Positions 41,276 to 50,518 of a stretch of DNA of 64,000 bases are shown one piece after another. Each line of letters begins with the position of its first letter. Position 1 is the first letter of the stretch. A program made the position numbers and the translations under genes. Source of the stretch: Vicinamibacterales bacterium (lineage in GTDB: Bacteria; Acidobacteriota; Vicinamibacteria; Vicinamibacterales; UBA2999); NCBI GenBank assembly GCA_030680175.1, contig JAUXWO010000064.1, positions 71,949-135,948 of the forward strand. The letters are read 5' to 3'. The notes beneath the pieces were generated by a model. That model had not been told where the DNA came from and ran no database searches. It saw nothing but the letters and a program-made list of their open reading frames with translations.

Positions 41276-43714
41276 CTAATCGACGCGTAGCGCGATCATC
41301 GGATCGACGCGCATCGCGCGGATTGCAGGGATGCCGCTGGCCGCCAGGGCGACGAGGGCGAGAAGCGCCGGGAGGATCATGAACGTCACCGGGTCGGTGG
41401 TGCTGATGCCGTAGACGAGGCGCTCGAGCGCCCGCGACACCAGCCACGACGCCATCACGCCCACCACGAGGCCGGCCGCCACCGGCTTGAACGCCTGCCA
41501 CATGATGAGGCGCAGGATCTCGCCCGGCGTGGCGCCGAGCGCGAGGCGGATGCCGATCTCCGACGTGCGCTGCGCCACCGCGTACGCCACCGTGCCGTAG
41601 ATGCCGGCCACGGCCAGCACCAGCGCAATCCCGGCAAACACCATCAGCAGCGTCATGTTGAACCGGCGCTGCGCCAGCGACGCTCCGACGACCTCGCCGA
41701 GCGGCCGGGCGCGCGAGATGGGGAGTCCGCCGTCGACGGCCTGGATCGCCGCCCGCACCGAGGGTGCCGCGGCCTCCGGTGATCCGGCGGTGCGCACGAG
41801 CAGCGTCAGCGCCTGCTGGGGCGCGCTGGTGTGCACCACGTAGGTCATGGGGACCGGCTCCTCGTCCGCGCGGTACTGGCGGACGTTGCCGACGACGCCG
41901 GCAATCTCGAGCCACTCCGGTTCGCCGTCGTCTCCAGGGCCGAAGGAGAACCGCGCCCCGATGGGATCCGCGTCGCTGAACTCACGGCGCGCCATCGCCT
42001 CGTTGATCAGGATGACGCGGGGCGCGATCACCGCGTCGCGCGGCTCGAACTCGCGGCCGCGAAGGACGGGAATGCCCAGCGTCGCGAAGTAGCCGGGGGA
42101 CACGGAGACGAAGTGCGAGAGGGGCTGCTGGCTCGGCGGCAGCTCGGGCCGGCCCTGAACGGCGAACGAGAAGATGCCCATGTTGCCGCCGAGCGGCACG
42201 GCGTTGGTGAGCGCCGCGCGCTCGACACCGGGCACCGCGGCCACGCGCTCCACCACCTGGTCCCAATACCCCACGAAGTGCTCCGGCGAGCGGTAGTTCT
42301 CCCCCGTCGGCGCCACCTGCATGGTGAGCACCTGGCTCGACGTGAAGCCGAGCGGCACGTCGAGCAGCGTCATCAGGCTGCGGAACAGCAACCCGGCGCC
42401 CACGAGCAGCACGAGCGAGATCGACACCTCCGCCAGCACCAGCGCCCCGCGCGCATAGTGGCGGCCCCCGTCTCCGGTCGAACCGCGTGTCTGGTCCTTG
42501 AGCGTGCTCTGCAGTTCGGGTCGCGAGGCCTGCCACGCGGGCACGAGGCCGAACAGCAGGCCCGTCAGCACCGACAGCCCCGAGGCGAACGCCAGCGCCT
42601 GGCCGTTCACGGTGATCGGCGCCACGCGCGGCACCTCGCCCGGATCGAGCGCGAGGATCAGGTCCACGCCCCAGAACGCGAGCAGGACGCCGATGCCGCC
42701 CCCGACGAGCGCCAGGAGCACGCTCTCCGTCAGGAGCTGCCGCATCAAAGTATTGCGCGTCGCGCCGATCGCGGCGCGGATGGCGAGCTCCCGCGCGCGG
42801 ACGGTCGCGCGCGCCATCTGCAGGTTGGCCACGTTCGCCACGACGATGAGGAGCACGCACAGGACGGCGCCGAGCAGGATCAGGAGCGGCGTGCGTGCCG
42901 ATCCGACGAGCTGGGCCTGAAGCGGCCGGACGATGGGGATGAAGTTGCTGTTCGTGTCCGGATACGCCTCGGCCAGCTGGCGGCCGATCGTCTCGAGTTC
43001 GGCGTTGGCCTGCTCGACGGTCACACCCGCTTTCAGCCGCGCGATGCCGCGCAGGTAGTGCAGGCCCCGATTTTCGCGCGGATCCCCCGGGCCGGCCGCC
43101 GGCAGGTCGTGGGTCGCCGGCAGCCAGAACTCGGCGTCCTGCGGGAAGTTCACCGTGGCCGGCATCACCCCCACCACCGTGTGCGGCTCGCCGTTGAGCC
43201 GCAGCTGCTGGCCGACGACCTGCGGGTCGCCCGCAAACCGGCGCTGCCAGATCCCGTAGCTGAGCATGACCTGCGCGGACTGGCCGGGCTCGCGATCCTG
43301 CACGGTGAACTGCCGCCCGAGGATCGGCGACGCGCCCAGCACGTCGAAGAAGTTCGTGGACGCCACGGCGCCCGGCAGGCGCTCGGGCTCGGCGTTCCCC
43401 GTCGCCACGTTGAAGGTGCGGCGCTGGTAGACGCTCATGCCGTCGAAGCTCTGCGTCTGGGCCCGCCAGTCCACGAAGTTCGCCGGGGCAATGGCGCCGC
43501 GCGAGCGGTTGTCCACCTCGACCTCGTTCAGGTCGAGCAGGCGGTCGGCGTCACGAAACGGCAGGCCCGACAGCAGCACGGCGTTGACGACGCTGAACAT
43601 CGCGGTGTTGGCGCCGATGCCCACGGCCAGCGTGAAGATGACGACCAGGGTGAACGCTGGCGCCTTGCGGAGCATGCGGGCGGCGTGGCGGATGTCTTGA
43701 ATGAAGCGGTCCAT
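41276..43714 (-). CDS. ADOP-family duplicated FtsX/MacB-like ABC permease
   Basis: Trimmed to ATG 43714; MDRFIQDIRHAARMLRKAPAFTLVVIFTLAVGIGANTAMFSVVNAVLL plus two FtsX modules and C-terminal RAMRVDPMIALRVD. Confidence 0.9.
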   Translation of the reverse strand: MDRFIQDIRHAARMLRKAPAFTLVVIFTLAVGIGANTAMFSVVNAVLLSGLPFRDADRLLDLNEVEVDNRSRGAIAPANFVDWRAQTQSFDGMSVYQRRTFNVATGNAEPERLPGAVASTNFFDVLGASPILGRQFTVQDREPGQSAQVMLSYGIWQRRFAGDPQVVGQQLRLNGEPHTVVGVMPATVNFPQDAEFWLPATHDLPAAGPGDPRENRGLHYLRGIARLKAGVTVEQANAELETIGRQLAEAYPDTNSNFIPIVRPLQAQLVGSARTPLLILLGAVLCVLLIVVANVANLQMARATVRARELAIRAAIGATRNTLMRQLLTESVLLALVGGGIGVLLAFWGVDLILALDPGEVPRVAPITVNGQALAFASGLSVLTGLLFGLVPAWQASRPELQSTLKDQTRGSTGDGGRHYARGALVLAEVSISLVLLVGAGLLFRSLMTLLDVPLGFTSSQVLTMQVAPTGENYRSPEHFVGYWDQVVERVAAVPGVERAALTNAVPLGGNMGIFSFAVQGRPELPPSQQPLSHFVSVSPGYFATLGIPVLRGREFEPRDAVIAPRVILINEAMARREFSDADPIGARFSFGPGDDGEPEWLEIAGVVGNVRQYRADEEPVPMTYVVHTSAPQQALTLLVRTAGSPEAAAPSVRAAIQAVDGGLPISRARPLGEVVGASLAQRRFNMTLLMVFAGIALVLAVAGIYGTVAYAVAQRTSEIGIRLALGATPGEILRLIMWQAFKPVAAGLVVGVMASWLVSRALERLVYGISTTDPVTFMILPALLALVALAASGIPAIRAMRVDPMIALRVD

Positions 43715-43965
43715 AGGGGTCAGGTCATGAATGGTGAACGGTCGGCAGCGCACAACCAATAGCGAGCGGTGCCGACCCCGTCAGAGGCAAAGCCATTGCC
43801 ATCACGATGCCTACCTTATAAGCGAATGATAACAATGCAGTTAGGTCACTCACCCTCCACTAGCATGCGCGCCGGGGTGTGTCCGATTCCGGGATACCCG
43901 CGTCCCGGCACGGAGAATGGCGCGGGCACTTGCATTCGCCTTCCAAGCTGGCCTACCCTGCCCCC

Positions 43966-44223
43966 ATGGCGCGGGGCTGGGAGAGCAAGGCCGTCGAGTC
44001 ACAGCAGCAGGACGCCTCCCGCGCTCGGTCCGAGCGCCGTTCGCTGACTCCCATCGAGCGCGAGGCCCACACGCGACGCGAGACGCTGGGGCTGGCACTG
44101 GCCCAGGCGCAGGCGGAGCTCATCGCGGCCTGCCGTCCGGTGCATCGCGACATGGTGCGGCTCCGCATCACGGCCCTGCAAGATGAGCTGGTCGCGCTCG
44201 GGGCGCCGGAGGAGGAACGGTGA
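43966..44223 (+). CDS. Hypothetical small coiled-coil protein
   Basis: Trimmed to ATG 43966: MARGWESKAVESQQQDAS…; TACCCT lies 6 nt upstream of the ATG. Confidence 0.5.
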   Translation: MARGWESKAVESQQQDASRARSERRSLTPIEREAHTRRETLGLALAQAQAELIAACRPVHRDMVRLRITALQDELVALGAPEEER

Positions 44224-44447
44224 GGGCCGCGCCTTGTTCCGACTGGCGGAGTCTGCTATGCTTCGACCCGAGAAGCGTGTCAGTTCCCGCATGGCCGTTC
44301 GGCCACCCTCCATTCCCTTCTTGCACTGACACACCCACGGCAACCGTCAACCACGAGCGAAGCCCACAGCCCTGAGCCACCGCGGAGTTCAGTCGCGAGG
44401 TCAACGCCACACATCAGGATCGTTTCTCCACCCGAGAGCCTTACACC

Positions 44448-45143
44448 GTGCCTGTCCGACTCTTCATCGGTAATCTCCCGTACACCGCCACCGACGACGA
44501 CCTGCGCGCGCACTTCACGCAGGTCGCGCCGCCCACCCAGGTCGTCCGCCCGCTCGATCGCGAGACCGGGCGCGCCCGCGGCTTCGCGTTCATCGAGTAC
44601 GCGGAGCGCGCCGACGCCGAGGAGGCGGTCAAGCGCTTCGATGGCCAGCTGTTCATGGGCCGTCCCATTGCCGTCAGCGAAGCGCGCGCGCGGGAGGCGG
44701 GCGGTCCGCCGCGGCCGGCCGGCGGCTTCGCGCCGCGGCCTCCGGGCAGTGGCTTCGCGCCGCGGCCCGGCGGCGCCACCGAGGGCTTCAGCAGCCGTCC
44801 GGGCGGCGGCTTCCGTGGCGGCGATACGGGCCCCGATGTCCCGGCCAATCGCGCCCGCAACTTCGGCCCCCCGGCCCCCCCCAAGAAGAAGGGCGGCAAG
44901 GGCGGCTTCGTGAAGAAGGAAGACAAGCCGCGCGGTCCGATTCCGACCAAGCACACCGGCCGCATGTACGGGCTCGACGAGGAAGAAGAGGAAGCCGCCG
45001 CGGCCGCCGCCGCCGATGCCCTGCCGGACTTCATGAAGCCGGACACCGACGCGGACCTCGGCGACGACGACACGGCACTCGACACGGCGGACGGCGATGA
45101 CGTCGATGTCGATGACGATGATGAGGGCGACGAGAAGGAGTAG
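44448..45143 (+). CDS. RRM (RNP-1) RNA-binding protein with Gly/Arg/Pro-rich and acidic tails
   Basis: LFIGNLPYTATDDDLRAHF (RNP-2) and RGFAFIEY (RNP-1); GTG start. Confidence 0.85.
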   Translation: MPVRLFIGNLPYTATDDDLRAHFTQVAPPTQVVRPLDRETGRARGFAFIEYAERADAEEAVKRFDGQLFMGRPIAVSEARAREAGGPPRPAGGFAPRPPGSGFAPRPGGATEGFSSRPGGGFRGGDTGPDVPANRARNFGPPAPPKKKGGKGGFVKKEDKPRGPIPTKHTGRMYGLDEEEEEAAAAAAADALPDFMKPDTDADLGDDDTALDTADGDDVDVDDDDEGDEKE

Positions 45144-45146
45144 GTG

Positions 45147-45713
45147 ATGCTCAAGCGGGAAGACTGCATCCTCTTCAGCGGCGGCGCGCAGGGCGCCGAG
45201 GCCGAGTTCGGCGCCTGCGCCGAGCGCTTCGGCATCGAGGAGGTGAACTTCTCGTTCGAGGGGCACAAGCCGACGCGGACGCGCGGGCTCCGCGTGCTCA
45301 ACCACGAGGAGCTCGCCAGCGGCGACGTGAGCCTCGCCTACGTCTCGCGCCTGATGCACCGGCGCTATCCCGACACGCCGACCTTCCGCAAGATCCTCCA
45401 GTCGATCTGGTACCAGATCAACGCCGGCCAGGAGATCTACGTCATCGGCGCGATCCAGGACGACGACACGGTCCGCGGCGGGACGGGCTGGGGCGCGGAG
45501 TTCGCGAAACTGTGCAACAAGCCGGTCTTCGTCTACGACCAGGCCCGGCACGGCTGGTTCGAGTGGGACGGCGCGCAGGGGAAGTGGGCGGCCCGCCAGG
45601 GCGCCGACGAGCCCGTCATCGAACACGTCCACATCACCGGCACCGGCACGCGCTTCCTCGACGACCAGGGCCGCCAGGCCATCCACCAGCTGTTCGAGCG
45701 CTCGTTCAAGTAG
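45147..45713 (+). CDS. Hypothetical Rossmann-like protein (SLOG / MoCo-carrier-like recall)
   Basis: Starts 1-4 nt after the RRM stop (TAG GTG ATG); ILFSGGAQGAEAEFGACAERFGI resembles the SGGxxGxD motif of SLOG-type proteins (weak). Confidence 0.5.
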   Translation: MLKREDCILFSGGAQGAEAEFGACAERFGIEEVNFSFEGHKPTRTRGLRVLNHEELASGDVSLAYVSRLMHRRYPDTPTFRKILQSIWYQINAGQEIYVIGAIQDDDTVRGGTGWGAEFAKLCNKPVFVYDQARHGWFEWDGAQGKWAARQGADEPVIEHVHITGTGTRFLDDQGRQAIHQLFERSFK

Positions 45714-45728
45714 CCGGGACGGCGGCCA

Positions 45729-45822
45729 GCTGTCGGCTGTCGGCTGTCGGCCGGCTAGACGCTGGCGGCTGCCACCACATCGCACCATCCCCTACGTCGC
45801 AACATCGCAACATCGCAACATC
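45729..45822 (+). repeat. Two mini-arrays: (GCTGTCG)x3 at 45729-45749 and (GCAACATC)x3 at 45799-45822
   Basis: Read directly; the same convergent spacer continues to 45948 with eight GATC sites (six as AGATC, three as CGATCA) and a duplicated CACCACATCA. Confidence 0.85.
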
Positions 45823-45948
45823 GGAGGTCGCCACGGCCTCGGGGCTGGAGATCGGTCGCACGATCACAAGATAGATCCGACCATCCGCAGATCAAGCTCC
45901 AGATCGATAGATCGCGCGATCAGTTCACCACATCAGTCGATCACCACA

Positions 45949-47319
45949 TCACAAGATGGATGCTTCCCACGGCCCGGTGATGGCGAATGTGACACCGGGG
46001 GCCATCACGTTCACGAACAGCCAGCGGCCGTCGGGGCTGAACGTAGCGCCGGCGAACTCGCTGTTGGTGTAGTTGCCGCTGAAGTTGTTGCGGCGCCCGT
46101 CGAGGGCGAGGCTGTTGCGCGCGAAGCGGAAGATGCGGCCGTCGCGCGTCAGGCCGTGCAGGCAGGGATTCTCCGTGCCGTCCTCACACAGTACGAGCCC
46201 GCCGCGCGGGCTCACGCAGATGTTGTCCGGCATGTTGAGCGTGTCCTTGCCGGGGGACTCGTAGACCAGCCGCAATTCCTCGCGGGCGGGGTCCAGTTCC
46301 CAGACCTGCCCCGTGCGCGCATCGCCGCCGCTCGTGCTCGTGAAGTAGATGAGCCCGCCGCCGTACCACGCGCCCTCGAGGCGCGCGAAGCACGCGCCGC
46401 CCTGCACACGGCCCTGCTGGTACACGCCCTGGCCATCGGCCGCGGCCTCGTCCGTGTGCGCGCGATCGGGGTCCTCGATATCGACCCAGGTCACCGGGTA
46501 GCGGACGTTCACGACCTGCGCGGTGCGCAGGTCGATGGCAGGGGCCCCCTTCACCGCCAGCATCTGCAGGCGTCCGCCCTGGGTCAGGTCGCCCCGCGCG
46601 GCCGGCAGGAACCGGTAGAGCCCCGACTCGCGCGCATCCTGCGTCTCGTAGATGATGCCGGTCGCCGGGTCGACGGCCACGGCTTCGTGAACGAACCGCC
46701 CCATCGCCTTGAGCGGCACGGCCGTCGCCTCGCCGTCCGAGGGGACCTCGAAGACGTACCCGTGCGGCTCGCGGAACGACGTATTCGGGCTCGGGCCGAC
46801 GAGCGTCTCCTCGCAGGTGAGCCACGTCCCCCACGGCGTGGGACCGCCCGCGCAATTGCGCACGGTGCCCGAGAGGCTGGCGCGCTGGTCCACGACGCGG
46901 CCGCGTTCGGGGTCGAACCGGAGGGTCGTCGTGCCGCCCCCCGCCGACCGGTCATAGCGCGGATACCCGAACGCATCACCCCCGCCGACTTCGTGGTTGC
47001 GGATGAGCGTGATCGTACCGCGCGGCCCGGGAAACGCCGCCATCCCGTCGGGCAGGCGCGGGGTGGGGATGCCGCCACGCATGCGATCCCCCGCCCACCC
47101 GAACGACAGGTAGCGGAAGCCTTCCGGCAGATGCAGCAGCGTCATGCCCGTCGTCTCGTCCACGGCCGGGACGAGCGGGCCGTAGCCCACCCCCGCGAGG
47201 AGGCGGTCGTCGTGGACCCGCGCCAGCAGCGCCTCGAGCGGCGCGGCCATGGTCACGCCACCGGCGGCAAGCGCCGTGCGGATGAAGCCCCGGCGATCGA
47301 TGGTGTGGCGATTCGACAT
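45949..47319 (-). CDS. PhoX-like / DUF839 secreted phosphatase-family protein (Tat signal)
   Basis: Trimmed to ATG 47319; MSNRHTIDRRGFIRTALAAGG Tat motif; …NCAGGPTPWGTWLTCEE…HEAVAVDP… typical of DUF839. Confidence 0.85.
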   Translation of the reverse strand: MSNRHTIDRRGFIRTALAAGGVTMAAPLEALLARVHDDRLLAGVGYGPLVPAVDETTGMTLLHLPEGFRYLSFGWAGDRMRGGIPTPRLPDGMAAFPGPRGTITLIRNHEVGGGDAFGYPRYDRSAGGGTTTLRFDPERGRVVDQRASLSGTVRNCAGGPTPWGTWLTCEETLVGPSPNTSFREPHGYVFEVPSDGEATAVPLKAMGRFVHEAVAVDPATGIIYETQDARESGLYRFLPAARGDLTQGGRLQMLAVKGAPAIDLRTAQVVNVRYPVTWVDIEDPDRAHTDEAAADGQGVYQQGRVQGGACFARLEGAWYGGGLIYFTSTSGGDARTGQVWELDPAREELRLVYESPGKDTLNMPDNICVSPRGGLVLCEDGTENPCLHGLTRDGRIFRFARNSLALDGRRNNFSGNYTNSEFAGATFSPDGRWLFVNVMAPGVTFAITGPWEASIL

Positions 47320-47368
47320 GTGGCTCACCTTACCAAAACCCTGTAAACACGTCGCGACGCCCCCCGCC

Positions 47369-47404
47369 CCCCGATCCCCGACCCCGATCCCGATCCCGAT
47401 CCCC
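47369..47404 (+). repeat. C-rich 6-7 bp array (CCCCGAT/CCCGAT) x5, reverse complement of the GGGATC family
   Basis: ccccgat ccccgac cccgat cccgat cccgat cccc, in a divergent spacer; followed by TATTAT-cccccc-ATG. Confidence 0.85.
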
Positions 47405-47418
47405 ATTATTATCCCCCC

Positions 47419-48711
47419 ATGTCCGCCCCGCCCGCCCCGGCCCGGCCCGCCTGGCTCCGCGAGACCATCGCCGGCATCACCACCTTCTTCACCATGGCCT
47501 ACATCGTCGTGGTGAACCCGTCGATCCTGGCGACCGAGGGCACGGGCATGCCGTTCTCCGGCGTGCTGACGGCGACGGTGCTCGTCTGCTTTTCGATGAC
47601 GCTGCTGATGGGCGTCTACGCGAAGCTGCCCTTCGGCGTGGCGCCTGGCATGGGCCTGAACGCGTTCTTCGCCTACACGCTGGTGATCCAGGGCGGGGTG
47701 CCGTGGCCGGTCGCGCTCGGCATCGTCTTCTGGTCGGGTGTGCTGTTCCTGCTGGTGTCCGCCACGTCGCTGCGCGAATCGATCGCGCTGGCGATCCCCG
47801 GCTCGCTGCGATCGGCCACGGCCGCGGGCATCGGCCTGCTGCTCACGTTCATCGGGCTGCAGCACGCCGGCTTCGTCGTCGCCAACCCGGCCACCATCGT
47901 CGGCGCCGGCCCGCTCGACCACCGCGCGCTGCTCACGCTCGTCGGCGTGCTGGTCATCGCGCACATGGGCCGCCGGCACAGCCCGTTCGCGTATCTGATG
48001 AGCATCTTCGTCGTGACGACGTCCGCGTGGGCCGGGGGCTGGGTGGACGCCCCGGCGCAGTGGTTCAGCGCGCCCGACTTCTCGTCCGTCTTCCTGAAGC
48101 TCGACCTCGTCGGCGCGCTGCAGCTGGCGCTCGTGCCGGCGATCGTCACGCTGATGATGACGGATCTCTTCGACTCGCTCTCGACGTTCATCGGCGTGTC
48201 GCAGGCGACCGGCTACGTGGACGAGGAGGGCCGGCCGCGGCGTCTGCGCCAGGGGCTGATCGTCGACGCGCTGGCCACGGCGGGCGCCGGCCTTGCCGGC
48301 ACCTCGTCCGGCACCGCCTATGTGGAGAGCGTCGCGGGCATCCGCATGGGCGGCCGCACCGGCCTCACCGCAGTCGTCACCGCCCTCTGCTTCCTGCCGT
48401 GCCTGTTCATCGCGCCGGCGGCGGCCGCGGTGCCGCCGTACGCCACGGCGGCGGTGCTCATCATGGTGGGCGTTACGATGTTCCAGACGGTGACCACGGT
48501 AGACTTCGCCCGGGTGGAAATCGGCGTGCCGGCGTTCGCCACGCTGGTGCTGATCCCGCTCACGTTCTCGATCACGCAGGGCATCCTGTGGGGCTTCGTC
48601 CTCCACGCGGCGCTGCACACGCTCGCCGGGACGCGCCGGGACGTCGCCCCCGGCGCCTGGGCGCTCGCCGTTGTCTCGGCGGCGCTTCTGGTTCTTGAAC
48701 ACGCATGGTAG
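47419..48711 (+). CDS. NCS2/AzgA-family purine (adenine/guanine/hypoxanthine) permease
   Basis: 430 aa; EIAGITTFFTMAYIVVVNPSIL N-terminus and multi-TM body. Confidence 0.9.
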   Translation: MSAPPAPARPAWLRETIAGITTFFTMAYIVVVNPSILATEGTGMPFSGVLTATVLVCFSMTLLMGVYAKLPFGVAPGMGLNAFFAYTLVIQGGVPWPVALGIVFWSGVLFLLVSATSLRESIALAIPGSLRSATAAGIGLLLTFIGLQHAGFVVANPATIVGAGPLDHRALLTLVGVLVIAHMGRRHSPFAYLMSIFVVTTSAWAGGWVDAPAQWFSAPDFSSVFLKLDLVGALQLALVPAIVTLMMTDLFDSLSTFIGVSQATGYVDEEGRPRRLRQGLIVDALATAGAGLAGTSSGTAYVESVAGIRMGGRTGLTAVVTALCFLPCLFIAPAAAAVPPYATAAVLIMVGVTMFQTVTTVDFARVEIGVPAFATLVLIPLTFSITQGILWGFVLHAALHTLAGTRRDVAPGAWALAVVSAALLVLEHAW

Positions 48712-49253
48712 ACAGACCTATGGCCTCCGACGCCCTGATCTCCACCTCCCTTGACGAGCTGCGCAAGGTCAAGAAGCTCGCCGACAAGGCCATCGCCCAG
48801 CTGGACGACGCGCAGCTGCACGCGCGGCTCGACGGCGACGCCAACAGCGTGGCCATCCTGATGCGGCACATGGCGGGCAACATGCGCTCACGATGGACGG
48901 ACTTCCTGACGAGCGACGGCGAGAAGCCCGACCGGCAGCGCGACCAGGAGTTCGAGCCGGCGGACGTGCCGCGCGAGGCGCTCCTCGCGGACTGGGAGGA
49001 CGGCTGGCAGGCGGTGTTCGACGCGCTCACCCCCCTCTCTGATGCCGACCTCACGCGGATCGTCGTCATCCGGAGCGAGCCGCATACGGTCCACAAGGCG
49101 ATCTGCCGGCAGATCGTGCACTACGCCGGGCACGCGTACCAGATCGTCATGCTCGCCAAGCACCTGCGCGGCGCGGCGTGGACCACTCTGTCGATCCCGC
49201 GCGGCCAGTCGGACGAATTCAACCGCCGGATGCAGGCCCGGGCGAAGCAGTGA
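48705..49253 (+). CDS. DinB-superfamily protein (DUF1572)
   Basis: …NSVAILMRHMAGNMRSRWTDFL…HTVHKAICRQIVHYAGHAYQIVMLAK. Confidence 0.75.
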   Translation: MVDRPMASDALISTSLDELRKVKKLADKAIAQLDDAQLHARLDGDANSVAILMRHMAGNMRSRWTDFLTSDGEKPDRQRDQEFEPADVPREALLADWEDGWQAVFDALTPLSDADLTRIVVIRSEPHTVHKAICRQIVHYAGHAYQIVMLAKHLRGAAWTTLSIPRGQSDEFNRRMQARAKQ

Positions 49254-50245
49254 CCGGCGGGCGGCTGCGGTGGGGCCTGGTGGGCACGGGCCGGATCAAC
49301 CGCCGGATCCTCCCCGCGCTCGCCGCTTCCCCGCGCCACGAGATCGTCGCCGTCGCGAGCCGGGACGCCGCGCGCGCCGAGGCGTACGCGCGGGACTGGA
49401 AGATCCCGCGCGCGCATGCGCCGTACGAGGCGCTGCTCGACGCGCCGGACATCGACGCGGTCTACATCTCGCTGCCCAACAGCCTGCACGCCCACTGGAC
49501 GCTCGCGGCCCTCGCGGCGGGCAAGCACGTGCTGTGTGAGAAGCCGATCGCGCTCGATCCGGACGACGTCGACCGCATCGCGACGGTCGCGGCGGCCGCC
49601 GGACGCCACGTGGCCGAGGGCTACATGTACCGGCACGAGCCGCAGACCGGCGCGGTGCAGGCGCTCGTCGCACAGGGCGCCATCGGCGAGCTCCGCGGCA
49701 TCGCGGGGGCGTTCACCTACCCGCGCACGCGGGCCCACGACGTGCGGCTGGACCCCGCGCTTGGCGGCGGCAGCCTCTGGGATGTGGGGTGCTATCCGGC
49801 CGGCTTCGCGCAGTTCGTCGCCGGGGCGCCCCCGGTCGAGGTCATGGGGTGGGCGCTCACCGGCCCCACAGGGGTGGACGAGATGTTCAGCGGCCTGCTC
49901 CGCTACGGCTCTGGCCTCATCGCGCACCTCGACTGCGGCTTCCGCGCGGTGTCGCGCACGTGGATGGAGGTGACCGGCAGCGACGGCGTCCTGGTGGTGC
50001 CGAGCCCGTTCAAGCCGGGTCCGCGCGAGGAGCTGGGCCTGCGGCGGCATGACGGGCACCAGGTGATCGTCGTGGAGGGCTCGCGTGAGCTCTTCGTCCG
50101 GCAGGTGGACGACTTCGCGGCCGTCGTGTTCGATGGCGCCGCGCCGGTCGTCCCGCTCGCTGATTCGCGGGCGATCGTGGCGACGCTGGCCGCCCTGCAC
50201 GCCTCGGCCCGCGCCAACCGGCCGGTGCTGGTGCCCCCGGCCTGA
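49250..50245 (+). CDS. Gfo/Idh/MocA-family oxidoreductase
   Basis: Trimmed to GTG 49250 (GTGA overlap); LRWGLVGTGRINRR…VYISLPNSLHAHW…GKHVLCEKP. Confidence 0.85.
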   Translation: MTGGRLRWGLVGTGRINRRILPALAASPRHEIVAVASRDAARAEAYARDWKIPRAHAPYEALLDAPDIDAVYISLPNSLHAHWTLAALAAGKHVLCEKPIALDPDDVDRIATVAAAAGRHVAEGYMYRHEPQTGAVQALVAQGAIGELRGIAGAFTYPRTRAHDVRLDPALGGGSLWDVGCYPAGFAQFVAGAPPVEVMGWALTGPTGVDEMFSGLLRYGSGLIAHLDCGFRAVSRTWMEVTGSDGVLVVPSPFKPGPREELGLRRHDGHQVIVVEGSRELFVRQVDDFAAVVFDGAAPVVPLADSRAIVATLAALHASARANRPVLVPPA

Positions 50246-50288
50246 TCGCGGGCTGCGGGACGCCCGCCAGACCCTGTATGATCGTGGG

Positions 50289-50510
50289 ATGGAATTATCG
50301 GCGCCGACCACCCTGTGGCGGCTCTATCACCCGCGGGGCGACCACGCCCGGGCGGTGGTGATCCCCGGCGACCCGCAGAGCACCGTCACGTTCTTCGTGA
50401 ACAACGTGATGGACCGTGCCGAGAACTTCGATGAGCTCGACGTGGCGCTGATGCGCGCCGACGACATCCGCCGCGACCTCGTCGACCACGGCTGGCGCGA
50501 AGAGGACTGA
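50289..50510 (+). CDS. Hypothetical small protein
   Basis: Trimmed to ATG 50289, preceded by TATGAT-cgtggg; 73 aa. Confidence 0.45.
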   Translation: MELSAPTTLWRLYHPRGDHARAVVIPGDPQSTVTFFVNNVMDRAENFDELDVALMRADDIRRDLVDHGWREED

Positions 50511-50518
50511 CGCGCCCG

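Noticed and set aside
47320-47418. Purine riboswitch upstream of the NCS2 purine permease, and likewise upstream of guaB
   Set aside because: The ~100-nt spacer is occupied by a C-rich tandem array and a -10-like box next to the ATG. No three-way-junction sequence resembling the purine aptamer core is visible.
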